From NCBI GenBank assembly GCA_023205875.1, contig CP060757.1, positions 1,240,001-1,304,000 on the forward strand: a DNA stretch of 64,000 bases. The letters are read 5' to 3'. The notes beneath the pieces are model-generated. The model did no database searches. It was not told where the DNA came from and worked only from the letters and a program-made list of their open reading frames with translations. The translations under genes were made by a program, and so were the position numbers. Position 1 is the first letter of the stretch; the number at the start of each line of letters is the position of its first letter. The DNA is from Chloropicon primus (taxonomy: Eukaryota). Positions 52,352-62,864 of the stretch are shown piece by piece.

Positions 52352-53632
52352 ATGATGAGCGGTTCTTCGACGCCGGAGGGGGGGAGCGGGGAAGCGGGGG
52401 CTGGAGCGGGGGAGAAGGAGGACCGACCCGTGCTGCAGCAGGGTGACCGCCAGCACGAGGCGTCCTCGGCGAGCGGCGAGCCGGCGGCGAGCGGTGCCCC
52501 GGCCCCCGCCCCGGAGGCCGAGAAGAAGAAGAAGTCTTCGCCCTCGTCCCCGTCGTCGACGACGTCGTCGGCGCCCACGAGCTACCGCGGGGTCCGCCAG
52601 CGGCCCTGGGGCAAGTGGGCCGCGGAGATCAGGGACCCGAACGCGGGGGTGAGGCGGTGGCTGGGGACCTTCGAGTCCGCGGAGGAGGCCGCGAGGGCCT
52701 ACGACGTCGCGGCGGTGGGCATCCGCGGGTCGAACGCGAAGACGAACTTCCCCAAGGAGAACTACCTCAAGGGCGGGCAGCCGGTGGGCGCCAAGGGGTT
52801 CCCCCCAGCCCCCCCGAGGAGGTCCCCCCTGACCGGGCCGTCCAAGAGGGACCAGGCCTCGCCCAAGGGGTCCAGGAAGAGGGGCGGCAAGGAGGGCGGG
52901 TCCAAGTCCGGGTCCAAGACCAAGTTCCTCGGCAAGACGAGCAGCCTGCTCGGGCGCCAGATCCAGAAGATGGGGGGCCACAAGTTGGCCGCCACGCACT
53001 ACTTGGGGGGGCTCCACGGCGTGGGTAACCCCTACGGCTTCGCCGCGGCGGGGCAGCAGGGCTACCAGGGCTGGGGCCTCCCGCACAACTCGGTGGCGGG
53101 GCTGGCGCAGCAGCAGCAGTACGCCGCGTTGGGGGCTCGCGGCGGCAACCCGGGCGGCGGACTGGGCCTCGGCAGCCCCCTGGCCGCCCAGCGAGCGGGA
53201 GAGCAAGGGCTCTCGGAGGAGGACCTGGAGATCGAGGTGGAGACCGAGATCTGGGGGGAGCCCCACCACATCGAGGAGATCTGCAGGTCCGCCGCGGTGA
53301 ACGTGTCCGTCCTCGGGACCTCGGCGGACATCGTCGAGGAGTGCAGCAAGCACCTCGAGAAGATGAGCTGGGTGGAGACGATGGACGTCATCGAGTCCAC
53401 GAACCCCCCCATCCTGTTCCAGCTGGACACGGAGGACGCCAAGGCCTCCGCGATCGACATCGTGAGGAGCAAGGAGGACGCCAACAGGAACAGCGTTGAC
53501 ATGCCGTTCGCCTTCAGCCCCTCCGGGTTGAGCCTGGGCATGAGCCCCCCTCAGCTGGTGCACTCCATGTCCCCTATCACGGCCGGCGTGTGGAAGAGCT
53601 TTCTCAACGACGTCAAGACCGTGGAGAGATAA
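52352..53632 (+). CDS. AP2/ERF transcription factor
   Basis: [46 protein letters not shown]. Confidence 0.93.
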   Translation: MMSGSSTPEGGSGEAGAGAGEKEDRPVLQQGDRQHEASSASGEPAASGAPAPAPEAEKKKKSSPSSPSSTTSSAPTSYRGVRQRPWGKWAAEIRDPNAGVRRWLGTFESAEEAARAYDVAAVGIRGSNAKTNFPKENYLKGGQPVGAKGFPPAPPRRSPLTGPSKRDQASPKGSRKRGGKEGGSKSGSKTKFLGKTSSLLGRQIQKMGGHKLAATHYLGGLHGVGNPYGFAAAGQQGYQGWGLPHNSVAGLAQQQQYAALGARGGNPGGGLGLGSPLAAQRAGEQGLSEEDLEIEVETEIWGEPHHIEEICRSAAVNVSVLGTSADIVEECSKHLEKMSWVETMDVIESTNPPILFQLDTEDAKASAIDIVRSKEDANRNSVDMPFAFSPSGLSLGMSPPQLVHSMSPITAGVWKSFLNDVKTVER

Positions 53633-54158
53633 GGGGCGGGCGCCGCGACGGGAGGGAGAGAACGCCGAGCGGAGCGAGGTCCTCCCCGTCCAACACGTCC
53701 TTTCAAGTGTGTAAAATTCCTGTAATTTTCTTTGTGTAACACATTTCTTTAGCGCTTTTGCAGATCAGATCACCGCGGAGCTCAATGCTCGGTGCCGAGC
53801 ACGCGAGGAACTCATTCGGACCCCCAAAACCAAACTATCCCCCCGGATCTCAGGATCATCCTGGTCTCTCGTGAGAATTCTGAGCTTTCCGTGGGTGGGC
53901 TGGCTGGCCTCCTCCTGCTGCTGCTTTTCTTCGGGCACCTGCACCCCTCCCCGAGCGACCGTCCCGCCCTCGTCGTGCAATCCTTCCCCCCCCAAGGTTG
54001 AAGGCGATCGACCAGCACTCTCATCATCCACTTTTGCTGTGCTGCTTGGTCTGCTAGGTCTTGCAGGACGTGGGCGGCAAAAGAGGGAAAGGGGCGGGTT
54101 TCGGGGGGAGACGAGACGAGAGCGAGAGGAGAGCGCGAGAGGGGAGAGGGGAGAGATC

Positions 54159-56642
54159 ATGGCGGGTCTCAGGGGGTCTTTTAGCAACCTTCAGGCCCTG
54201 CTGGACGGGGCCCAGCACCACTCGCCACAACTGCGTACGAAACTCCAGTCGCAACTGAGTCTCGGGAGCTCGGAGAGCCTGCAAAGCAAGGACAAGCGAA
54301 AGCCGAGGGTGATAGTCGTGTCCATGAAGCTTCCCTTGTCCATGTCGGCGAAGGAGGGGGACGGGGAGGCGGGCTGGGACTTCAAGGTGGACGAGAACGC
54401 CCTCCTCGTGCAAGCTTGCACGAGCAGTGTCCTGGACAAGGACTTCGAGGTGATACACGTGGGGTGCCTGCCGAAGGAGGTGGCTCCCGAGGAGCAGGAC
54501 GACATCTCGTCGGAGCTGATGGAGAAGTTCAACTACATGCCGGTCTTCCTCGGGGACGACTTGAAGGAGAAGTACTACAACAGCTTCTGCAAGCAGACTC
54601 TGTGGCCCCTCCTGCACTACCTGCTCCCCCTGTCGACGGCGTCCTCCGGGAGGTTCAAGCAGGACGAGTGGACGGCGTACATGAAAGCGAACAGAATATT
54701 CGTGGACAAGCTTCTCCAGTTCTTGCGCCCGGAGGAGGACTACATTTGGATCCACGACTACCACTTGCTCGTCCTTCCCGCCCTGCTGCGAAAGAGGAGC
54801 TACAAGGTGAAGGTCGGACTGTTTTTGCACTCGCCGTTCCCCTCCTCGGAGGTCTTCCGCGCCTTCCCCAAGAGGGAGGAGCTCCTGCGGTCCTTCCTGA
54901 CCGCGGACCTGGTCGGGTTCCAAAGCTTCGATTACGCCCGTCACTTTTTGTCGTGCTGCGCGAGGCAGCTCGGGGTGGAGCACGAGATGGACAGAGGAAG
55001 CATCGCCCTCAAGTACTTTGGAAGGAAGGTTTACGTGACGATCTCGCCCACGGGAGTGCAGCCGGACAAGCTCTTGGAGTGCTGCTGCTGGAACGACACG
55101 GTCTGGAGGAAGGGGGAGCTCATGAACGAGTACAAGGACAAGACCATCCTGTTGGGAATGGATGACTTGGACCCTTTCAAGGGCATCGAACTTAAGCTTC
55201 ACGCTTACGAGCACATTCTCGACATGCACCCTTACCTCCGCCAGAGCCTGGTCCTCATCCAGGTGGTGAACCCTCCGAGGTCCCACAGCAAGGAGATGGA
55301 GGCCCTCCAGCTCGAGCTGCGGGAGTGCGTGGAGAGGATCAACAACAAGTACGGATCGGACAAGCACACGCCCTTGGTTTGGCTGGACAGGTCTGTTCCG
55401 CACTACGAGAGGATCGCGCTTTACTCTATTGCGGACTGCACGATCGTGACCGCGACGCGCGACGGAATGAATCTGATGCCCTATGAGTACATCGTGTGCA
55501 GGCAGGGACCTGACGCTTCTCCGGGGGTGAGGAGATCGACTCTTGTGGTTTCAGAATTCGTGGGGTGCAGTCCTTCCCTCAGCGGAGCGCTGCGTGTGAA
55601 TCCTTGGAGCGTGGAGAGCGTGTCCGACGCCATGCTCCAGTGCATCTCCATGTCGCCGCAAGAGAGCATGCTTCGGCATGACAAGCACTGGAAGTACATC
55701 ACGAGGCACACGGCCTCTCACTGGGCGTCATCTTACCTGAATAACCTGAAGAAGGCGTGCGCCAACCACTCTTCCATGAAGTTCTATGGTCTCGGACTCG
55801 GGCTGGATTCCTTCAGGATGGTGGCCCTGGACGTCAACTTCAGGCGCCTCGACGAAGTCTCCGTCAACGAGGCGTTTAGGAATTCCCAGAGCTGCGTTTT
55901 CCTTTTGGATTACGATCAGACTCTGATGACAACGACGAGTTTTTCCAACCAGCCGAGCGAAGAGGTGCTGATGGTCCTTGGAGACTTGTGCGCCAGCACT
56001 TCGAATACCGTTGTCATCGTTTCGGGAAGGCGGGCACAGGACTTGGAGGCTTGGTTCGGTGGAGTGAAGAACTTGGGACTGATAGCAGAGCATGGCTACA
56101 AGTTCTGGCCACCGGGAGGTGACAGGTGGGAGACTCATCTTCAAGTCGAGCCCAAGTGGCACGACGTGGTTCTGCCGATTCTGGAGCATTACGTGGAGTG
56201 CACGGATGGAAGTTATCTGGAAAGGAAGGAGAGCGCTCTGGTATGGCACTACCAGGACACCGATCCTGACTATGGTAGCTGGCAAGCCAAGGAGCTGCTC
56301 GACCACTTGGACAGCGTTTTGGCAAACCTGCCAGTGGAGCCCTCCAAGGGGAATGGAATCATCGAGGTCTCCCCTCAAGGGGCAACCAAGGGGCAAGCGA
56401 TCGAAGTCGTCTTGTCCTGGACCAGGAAGGTGAGGGACGACGTGGATTTCGTGTTCTGCGTGGGCGACGACAGGAGCGACGAGGAGATGTTCAAGGCGGT
56501 TGAGCATGTTACCTACTCGCCTCATATGCCGGCAGAGGTGTTTGCTTGCACCGTCGGGGCGAAACCGAGCCAGGCTCCCTATTATTTGGATGATCCGAAC
56601 GATGTCTTGGATATCCTGCGGCAACTCTCCAAGAAGAAGTAG
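54159..56642 (+). CDS. Trehalose-6-phosphate synthase/phosphatase, class II-like
   Basis: LWPLLHY, WIHDYHL, FLHSPFPSSE, RDGMNLMPYEY, SEFVGCSPSLSGA, LDYDQT, GDDRSDEEMF. Confidence 0.93.
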   Translation: MAGLRGSFSNLQALLDGAQHHSPQLRTKLQSQLSLGSSESLQSKDKRKPRVIVVSMKLPLSMSAKEGDGEAGWDFKVDENALLVQACTSSVLDKDFEVIHVGCLPKEVAPEEQDDISSELMEKFNYMPVFLGDDLKEKYYNSFCKQTLWPLLHYLLPLSTASSGRFKQDEWTAYMKANRIFVDKLLQFLRPEEDYIWIHDYHLLVLPALLRKRSYKVKVGLFLHSPFPSSEVFRAFPKREELLRSFLTADLVGFQSFDYARHFLSCCARQLGVEHEMDRGSIALKYFGRKVYVTISPTGVQPDKLLECCCWNDTVWRKGELMNEYKDKTILLGMDDLDPFKGIELKLHAYEHILDMHPYLRQSLVLIQVVNPPRSHSKEMEALQLELRECVERINNKYGSDKHTPLVWLDRSVPHYERIALYSIADCTIVTATRDGMNLMPYEYIVCRQGPDASPGVRRSTLVVSEFVGCSPSLSGALRVNPWSVESVSDAMLQCISMSPQESMLRHDKHWKYITRHTASHWASSYLNNLKKACANHSSMKFYGLGLGLDSFRMVALDVNFRRLDEVSVNEAFRNSQSCVFLLDYDQTLMTTTSFSNQPSEEVLMVLGDLCASTSNTVVIVSGRRAQDLEAWFGGVKNLGLIAEHGYKFWPPGGDRWETHLQVEPKWHDVVLPILEHYVECTDGSYLERKESALVWHYQDTDPDYGSWQAKELLDHLDSVLANLPVEPSKGNGIIEVSPQGATKGQAIEVVLSWTRKVRDDVDFVFCVGDDRSDEEMFKAVEHVTYSPHMPAEVFACTVGAKPSQAPYYLDDPNDVLDILRQLSKKK

Positions 56643-56765
56643 TAGCGAACGCTGGCTAATGTGGCGAGAGCGCGTGCGCGCGCTTGCCCTGCTTGAGAAT
56701 AAAAGAACTAATTTACTGCTGACTCAAGGCAGTCTCGGTTTTTAAATAAATTAGAAATCTCCGTC

Positions 56766-58016
56766 TTAGTTCCTGAAGAGAGCGTTCATCCTACAGATCG
56801 ACGGACCGTACTCCTCGTAGTCGGCCTTTGTGTGCACGGACTTGACAAAGTTGTTGGTAGACGCCAAAACGCTTCCTCCAAACCAGACGGCGAACCTCTG
56901 CATGTGGTGAGACTCCACGTTCACCTCGATCTCCTGGCTCTCTGTCTGCCTCACCTGCTTGCTCATTCTCTCCTTCACCCTGTTCTTGAGGTCCCTCCCG
57001 ATCCTCCTTCCAAAGTCCTTGAACAGCGTCGTTCCCCCGGACAGAACGATGTTCTTGTACAAAGCTCTCCTCGTGTCTATGGGGCTCGTTGTGATGGCGT
57101 CGTCGATCACCTCAGGAAGCGGCGTGGACCAATCCGACGTGTAGATGTCAGGGTTAAAGAACATCTCCGGAGCGAGGAACCGCTCGTAACCCAGGTCGAT
57201 GGAGAAGTCCTTCCCTCTCGAGGTCTTCCCGTTCAGGTGCTGGCAGTACTTTTCCGGCTGCAGGTGGTGCTTGTTGAACTCCTTCGCGATGTCGCTGCAA
57301 GTGTAGCAGTGCTTCTCCTTCACCACTCGAGCGACCTCGTGGGCCTCGTAGGGCAAAGGCTCCCCCCTCTCCTTCAAGAGGTTGAGGATGAACTGAGAGA
57401 CGTCCTTCCCAGCGAAGGGGAGGGTCTTCACGCTCGACCCGATGACGTACCCGTCCACCACGGGAATGACGTGCGTGGACCCCTCGCCGGAGTCCACCAC
57501 CGTCCCCGTGAGAAAGTCCGTCCCTTGGCCCGTCATAGGATTCGCAGCCGCGAGGGCCAAGACCGAGTTCACCGCGATGTACAGCCCCGCCACGTTGAAC
57601 GTCTCGAACATGATCTCGGCGGTGTACTCCCTGTTCTCCGGGGAGTTCAGAGGCGGCTCCGTCAGCAGGAAGTAGTGGTCCTCTGGGTCGCACCTCAAGT
57701 ACTTGAAAACGCAGTGCTGCCAGTACTTGTCCATGAGATCCCAGTTGTTCACCTGCCCGTCCGTGATGGGGTGGTGGATCGAATACTTCTTCGTGTTCGC
57801 GAGGGCCTCATCTCCTATGAGGTAATCCAGGTCCTTGAGGGAGGGCGTCGAAGACCGCGCGCTCGTCGTCTTGGCGAGGTTGTGGGTGTCCAAGCCCACC
57901 ACCGTGGGCATAATGTAGTTCGGCTCCACGTTCCCAGAGAAGCCGAACTTCGTGGAGCTCGTTCCGGCGTCTATGACAACTGCCGGCCGATTCGCGGCCT
58001 CGTTACTCGTCGTCAT
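56766..58016 (-). CDS. ARP3: Actin-related protein 3
   Basis: [68 protein letters not shown]. Confidence 0.95.
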   Translation of the reverse strand: MTTSNEAANRPAVVIDAGTSSTKFGFSGNVEPNYIMPTVVGLDTHNLAKTTSARSSTPSLKDLDYLIGDEALANTKKYSIHHPITDGQVNNWDLMDKYWQHCVFKYLRCDPEDHYFLLTEPPLNSPENREYTAEIMFETFNVAGLYIAVNSVLALAAANPMTGQGTDFLTGTVVDSGEGSTHVIPVVDGYVIGSSVKTLPFAGKDVSQFILNLLKERGEPLPYEAHEVARVVKEKHCYTCSDIAKEFNKHHLQPEKYCQHLNGKTSRGKDFSIDLGYERFLAPEMFFNPDIYTSDWSTPLPEVIDDAITTSPIDTRRALYKNIVLSGGTTLFKDFGRRIGRDLKNRVKERMSKQVRQTESQEIEVNVESHHMQRFAVWFGGSVLASTNNFVKSVHTKADYEEYGPSICRMNALFRN

Positions 58017-58329
58017 CGCACCGCAGCCCACCCACAGTCGTCCACCTCTCTCTCTCTCTCTCTGCGTGCGTGTGTGTGTGCCCTCCCGCCACCCCACACC
58101 CAACACCCTAGGATGATGATGCCGGTTTCGATTAGGGCGACGAGAGAGAGAGAGAGGAAAACCAAGGACGGACGAGAGGAGGGGAGACGAGGAGAAATTG
58201 CGTTTGTGCGGGAGGCTCTGCGAGTGAAAGGCGGACGGAAGGAGCGTCGTCTTGTGCTCTTTCGAAAGAGCTCTCAAGCGAAAGGAACGACACGGTGGTG
58301 AGGATCTCAGAGAGAGAGAGAAACGTCGA

Positions 58330-58557
58330 AGTTCGAGTTGTGCTTTTGCAGCTCGAGGAGGCCACCTTCATGTTTTGCAGTGGCTTCGAAGCCAGGATCC
58401 GCCTTGTGATTGGAACGAGAAGACTTGTGACGGGGCAGCTCAATATGGTCACCTTGATGTTCTGAAGTGGCTTCGAAGCCAGGATCCGCCTTGCCCTTGG
58501 GACGAGGATTCGCCCTGGATCAGCGAATACTACGAAGATGATTACTGGACACAGTAA
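58330..58557 (+). pseudogene. Two-unit ankyrin-like repeat fragment (CxxAAxxGHLxxLxWLRSQDPPCxW)
   Basis: Two 29-aa units; DNA repeat TGGCTTCGAAGCCAGGATCCGCCTTG at 58381 and 58468; no convincing ATG or N-terminal domain. Confidence 0.65.
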
Positions 58558-59071
58558 TACGTTGGAGGACAACATTCTTCTTCCTCTTCTTTTAAGTCCT
58601 GATCCACCTTCAATCGAGCCAACCTTACCTTTGTCCTAAGCTTCGCTTGCTTTGTCCTTCTCATAATATGGAAGTAGTGGAGCATGGAGAATTCATAACA
58701 AGAGATCCTCAACCAAGGCCCTGATGGATCATTATTGTTGTTGTTGTTGTTTTGTGATGTATCCTCCTTCTCCGTCCTTCTCTTCGCTCTCTCTCTCTCT
58801 CCCTGTTCTCTCTCTCTGTTTTTTCTCTTCTGGTGGGTTTCTCCCTTCCGCTGAGGAGTCATAACGGGCGAGGAATTTTCAGCCAAAATTTTGACGAGAT
58901 GGATTGGGCGCGTGACTGCGGGTAGCGATCGGAGACGAGCAAAGATGACGGCGGGGGGTATGGGAGCTCGCGGAGCGGGAGGGATGGCATTTATCGAAGC
59001 GGTACAGGCGCACGATACCGACGAACACTGCGACGATTGTTAAGAAGAACAGGAACAGGAACAGTGACAAC

Positions 59072-60520
59072 ATGGCAACTGCGATTGCAACTGCAGCGAT
59101 GCTTGGCTTCGGGATGCTTGCGGGTGGCGTCTCAGCCGCGAAGCCCGGGGAGAAGACGGTCGAAATTCTCTCCCAGCCCATCAACCTGAGGTACGGCGAG
59201 GTCAACAACCACTTCCAGCCCAACCAGGATCTCCCCGAGGAGATCAGAGAGGCGTTCAGGAACAAAACGATGGCCATTGTGGACTTTGAAGTGGACATCG
59301 TGGACGCCCAGGGCAACCAGGTTCCCTTGTACGAGATGTACAACCACCACTACGCCGCGCTTCTGGGTACCGAGGAGTACGCGAACGCCATCTACCAGCT
59401 GTTCAAGGACGCCCCGTTCGGCATCCCGAGCCCCAGCAACTTGACGGAGCTCGTGATCCCGGAGAACCTGAGGAAGAACGCCACGGGTGGGGACGGGTCC
59501 TCGACCTCGTTCAGGGCGTCGGACGTCAACAACAGGAAGCTCCTGATGATGGAGATGATGCAGAACATCGGAGGGTTCAGGTCCATCCAGCAGGACAACA
59601 ACAGGGGCGGTTTTGGCGGCGGTGCCGGCGCCGAGATGAGACACATCAACAACCGCGCCCCTCCGGGATATGCTTATTTTGTCGACAACCCCGAGCAGTG
59701 GACGCCGCTCTTCCACTTCATCAATCAAAAGGTTCCCGAGGGCGTCGACGCGTCGGACAACGCTCTTTTCGAGTGCCCATGCACCCCGCAGAGGGTCATC
59801 GACGTGGAGAATGGGACGATCGATGGCACGAAGAGTTTCGCCAACCCCTTCGGAACTTGCAACGAAGCGTTCGAGGAATCGAACCCCTCCTGCGAGCTGA
59901 GCACCTACGTCGGCGGCTGGAGGTGCTGCGAGGATGGAGTCTTCGTGCTGGACACGGACAAGTATGACGTCGATGCTCTGCCCACGGACGAGGTCTACGG
60001 GGTCTTCAGGATCACGTACCTCGACGGGGTTGACGCGAGGGACACTGATCTCAAGCCGCTTGAGAGCTTGGGCGGCGATATCACTGGCTCCGTTTACACG
60101 AAAGGTAATGTTGAGTTCGACGTTCCCCTTTGTGAAGAAGGAACGGCCCCGGAGGATTGCATCTATGAAATGGAAACAGTCCACTACATCAGCGGCGGGA
60201 TAAACGCCACGGACGATACTCTCTGGGAGATCCCCTACCTTGTCGGTCATCTCCACAAGGGTGGTATCGATCTGTCGATGTACAACATGACCACCGGCGA
60301 CCTCATCTGCCGATCTACGCCAATCTATGGCAACGGCACTGAGGCGGGCAACGAGGACGGCTACTTGGTTGGCATGAACCCCTGCTACTTCGAGGGCGAC
60401 GATCTCATTGTGGCGCCCGCGAATGAGAAGGTGAGGTCCGTTGTGCGCTACAACTCCACCGAGCCCCACACCGGAGTGATGGCCTTGTGGTTCCCAAGGG
60501 GCGCGGAGGTTTCCGCCTAA
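59072..60520 (+). CDS. Secreted SURNod19-family protein
   Basis: Signal peptide; VPLYEMYNHH, GAEMR, GGWRCC, GHLHKGG, LICRSTPIYGNGTEAGNEDGYLVGM, HTGVMA. Confidence 0.85.
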   Translation: MATAIATAAMLGFGMLAGGVSAAKPGEKTVEILSQPINLRYGEVNNHFQPNQDLPEEIREAFRNKTMAIVDFEVDIVDAQGNQVPLYEMYNHHYAALLGTEEYANAIYQLFKDAPFGIPSPSNLTELVIPENLRKNATGGDGSSTSFRASDVNNRKLLMMEMMQNIGGFRSIQQDNNRGGFGGGAGAEMRHINNRAPPGYAYFVDNPEQWTPLFHFINQKVPEGVDASDNALFECPCTPQRVIDVENGTIDGTKSFANPFGTCNEAFEESNPSCELSTYVGGWRCCEDGVFVLDTDKYDVDALPTDEVYGVFRITYLDGVDARDTDLKPLESLGGDITGSVYTKGNVEFDVPLCEEGTAPEDCIYEMETVHYISGGINATDDTLWEIPYLVGHLHKGGIDLSMYNMTTGDLICRSTPIYGNGTEAGNEDGYLVGMNPCYFEGDDLIVAPANEKVRSVVRYNSTEPHTGVMALWFPRGAEVSA

Positions 60521-60539
60521 GCAAAAACATTTCTCTCTT

Positions 60540-60989
60540 TTACAAGTTTTTATATACAAGCCGAAACAGCCTCTCTGTGTCCAGCCTGTGCTCGGTCTCT
60601 GCGTTTGGCTCCGTCAAGGGGCAGAGGCTCGCCACCTTGATCTGCCTCTGCCCCTTGTACTCGTGAACCTGCCCCCGCACCTTCACCTGGCAACCAAGCG
60701 CGAGACCTTCCCTCTCGCTCTCGTAAGCCTCCTCCTGGACCTCCATCCAAACAGTTCTCTCCGCGCTCACTCCTCCGCCTGTGCTCCCGTTCCTGGCGGG
60801 TCTCCAAAGAATGCACTGAACCACAGCTGTCGCGTCATCGATGGCGAACATGGTGTACTTCGTGGCCTTGTACACCTCCACGACCACGCCGCAGCACTCG
60901 ACGTCCTGGTACTGCTTCCAAGTTCCACTCGCCACTTGAAAGGCGAAGAGTTTCAAGGTGTGGGTCTGGCCATCTCGCAGGAACGGCAT
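60540..60989 (-). CDS. STN1: CST complex subunit STN1-like OB-fold protein
   Basis: VECCGVVV, IDDATAVVQCILW, VKVRGQV..YKGQRQI, EPNAETEH. Confidence 0.75.
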   Translation of the reverse strand: MPFLRDGQTHTLKLFAFQVASGTWKQYQDVECCGVVVEVYKATKYTMFAIDDATAVVQCILWRPARNGSTGGGVSAERTVWMEVQEEAYESEREGLALGCQVKVRGQVHEYKGQRQIKVASLCPLTEPNAETEHRLDTERLFRLVYKNL

Positions 60990-61246
60990 CAAGGAGAGGC
61001 GGCGAACCACCGCGTCCCGCAGTGCAGGCCGAAATCACAGCGAGCGCGCCCCCCTCGCGGTCGTTGCTTCACTCCTCCTCCTCCCCTCTCTCTCTCTTTC
61101 CGAGGGTCGAAGCGCGGGAAACTGTCGACCTCAACTCAAAATCGTTCGGTGGGCGCAATAGGGGACGCGAGAGTTTTGTCCTCAGCGCGTGAGAGACCTG
61201 ACAAAAAAATACAATGACGTACGTGTACAAGGAATGGCTGGCAATA

Positions 61247-62323
61247 TTAAGCGTCCAGCTCCGAAGCTTTCGTATCCGAGCTAGGCTTCAGACTGCGGTG
61301 ACTCAGCCCGAGAGTGGAGTCCTCGAGGCGGTCCACCAGGATGTCCCATATCTTCAAGAAGGAGATGACTGTCATTTTGAGCCCCACGTCTGCGTTCTTT
61401 GGCGCGGTCTTCACCCTGTGCAGCACCCTTTCCTCCTCGCCGACCCCTGCGGACTCCCGCTGGTCCCTCAAAATGTTTCGCAGCGAGAAGGTGAAGGAAA
61501 GGAGCAGGGAGAAGAGGACCATCTGAATCACTGAGATCGTCCCGAGAAGCCTCTCGCTCCACTTGGAGTCGCTGTACCCGTACATCGCGTCGTCTGGGAA
61601 CGCCCCTATCGTCTCCAGCGCGTTGGTCAGAAGAGGCTGCAGCAGCGCCAAGACCACGAGTATCTTTATGCACAAGAACTTCCTCTCCGCCTGGAAGTCC
61701 TCCAGCTGCCCCCGCAGCGCCACGTAAGTCTCAAGGATGCAGTGCATCGCCAGCGACACGGACATCAGCGAGAAGAAGTGCAGGAGCCTCATCCCGTACC
61801 CCTTGAAGGCCAGCAGGACGAGGACGCCCTTCAAGACTTTCACGATGATCAGCTGCCTCATCGAGAAGCGCCAGAACTTGAACCTCGCCATGGGTGTGGA
61901 GAACGTGTAGAGCGGGCAGGAGCAGCCCCTCGCACGGACGCCGAGCAAGGGGCACAGGGAGCACCGGTGGCTTTCCCTGCTCTGCTCCTCGAGCAGCTCT
62001 ATCGTTCTCTTCTGGCCCCCGACCCAGAGGATCAACATGACCCAATAACAGTAGATGGAATACGCTTCCGCGAACTCTTGCAAGGTCTTCCACAGCGGGA
62101 AGAGCGGGGTCAGGAGCAGCTTGGCCCACTGGATGAACCCGTACACCGGAGCTATCGCCACGACCCTGAAGCAGCATATCTGCAGTGCTGGAAGGCTGCC
62201 TATGGAAAGGTGCTCCTGAAAGGTTCTAAAACAAATGTAGGACGAGATGAGGCACAGAAACAGCACGGAGGACTGAAACACGACGTCCAGCGCCAACTCG
62301 GAAACCAGCGCCGACACCTTCAT
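61247..62323 (-). CDS. TMEM184/OST-alpha family membrane protein
   Basis: RVVAIAPVYG, EFAEAYSIYCY, QLIIVK, KFLCIKILV..LLQ; multiple TM segments. Confidence 0.78.
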   Translation of the reverse strand: MKVSALVSELALDVVFQSSVLFLCLISSYICFRTFQEHLSIGSLPALQICCFRVVAIAPVYGFIQWAKLLLTPLFPLWKTLQEFAEAYSIYCYWVMLILWVGGQKRTIELLEEQSRESHRCSLCPLLGVRARGCSCPLYTFSTPMARFKFWRFSMRQLIIVKVLKGVLVLLAFKGYGMRLLHFFSLMSVSLAMHCILETYVALRGQLEDFQAERKFLCIKILVVLALLQPLLTNALETIGAFPDDAMYGYSDSKWSERLLGTISVIQMVLFSLLLSFTFSLRNILRDQRESAGVGEEERVLHRVKTAPKNADVGLKMTVISFLKIWDILVDRLEDSTLGLSHRSLKPSSDTKASELDA

Positions 62324-62688
62324 CCCCTGGAACCGCGAGTGGAAAGCAGGGAAAGGGGACGACAACAAGGGTCAGACGAACCCAGAAGCAAGTTCAAGTT
62401 CGATGATGCTCGAGACGATTCACTTCCTCTCGAGCGAGGGGCGACGGCGACAGAAGCACGCGCGGCGGTGTGGATGCACCGAGACAAACAGTCGAGCGTG
62501 CGCTCCCTTCCCCACCCTTCGCGAACGTGAGAGAGTCGTCATCGTCATTTGGCACTTACCTCGCCCTCGCCAAGGCGTCCTCCTCCCTCGATCAGCCCAC
62601 GACGGAGATGATCGCCCCACGATCGATCAGCTGCACCTTTTTTTTTTGGATTGGATAATAATAACGGGCGAGCCTCGAGCCTCGGCGC

Positions 62689-62860
62689 AGGAGGAGGGGA
62701 CTTGAGAGAGAGAGAACGAGACCAAGGGGAGGGGACGAGGACGGACGTTGGGGGGAGGAGGGAGATAACGGACGAACGATCCTTGGGTCTCGGCGGCGGC
62801 GAAGGAGGAGGAGGAGGGGCTTGAGAGAGAGAGAGAGAGAACGAGACCAAGGGGGAGGGG
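62689..62860. repeat. Direct repeat (~45-50 bp, two copies) upstream of SPX-MFS
   Basis: GGAGGAGGGG.CTTGAGAGAG..AACGAGACCAAGGGG(G)AGGGG at ~62690-62734 and ~62810-62860. Confidence 0.8.
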
Positions 62861-62864
62861 CAGA

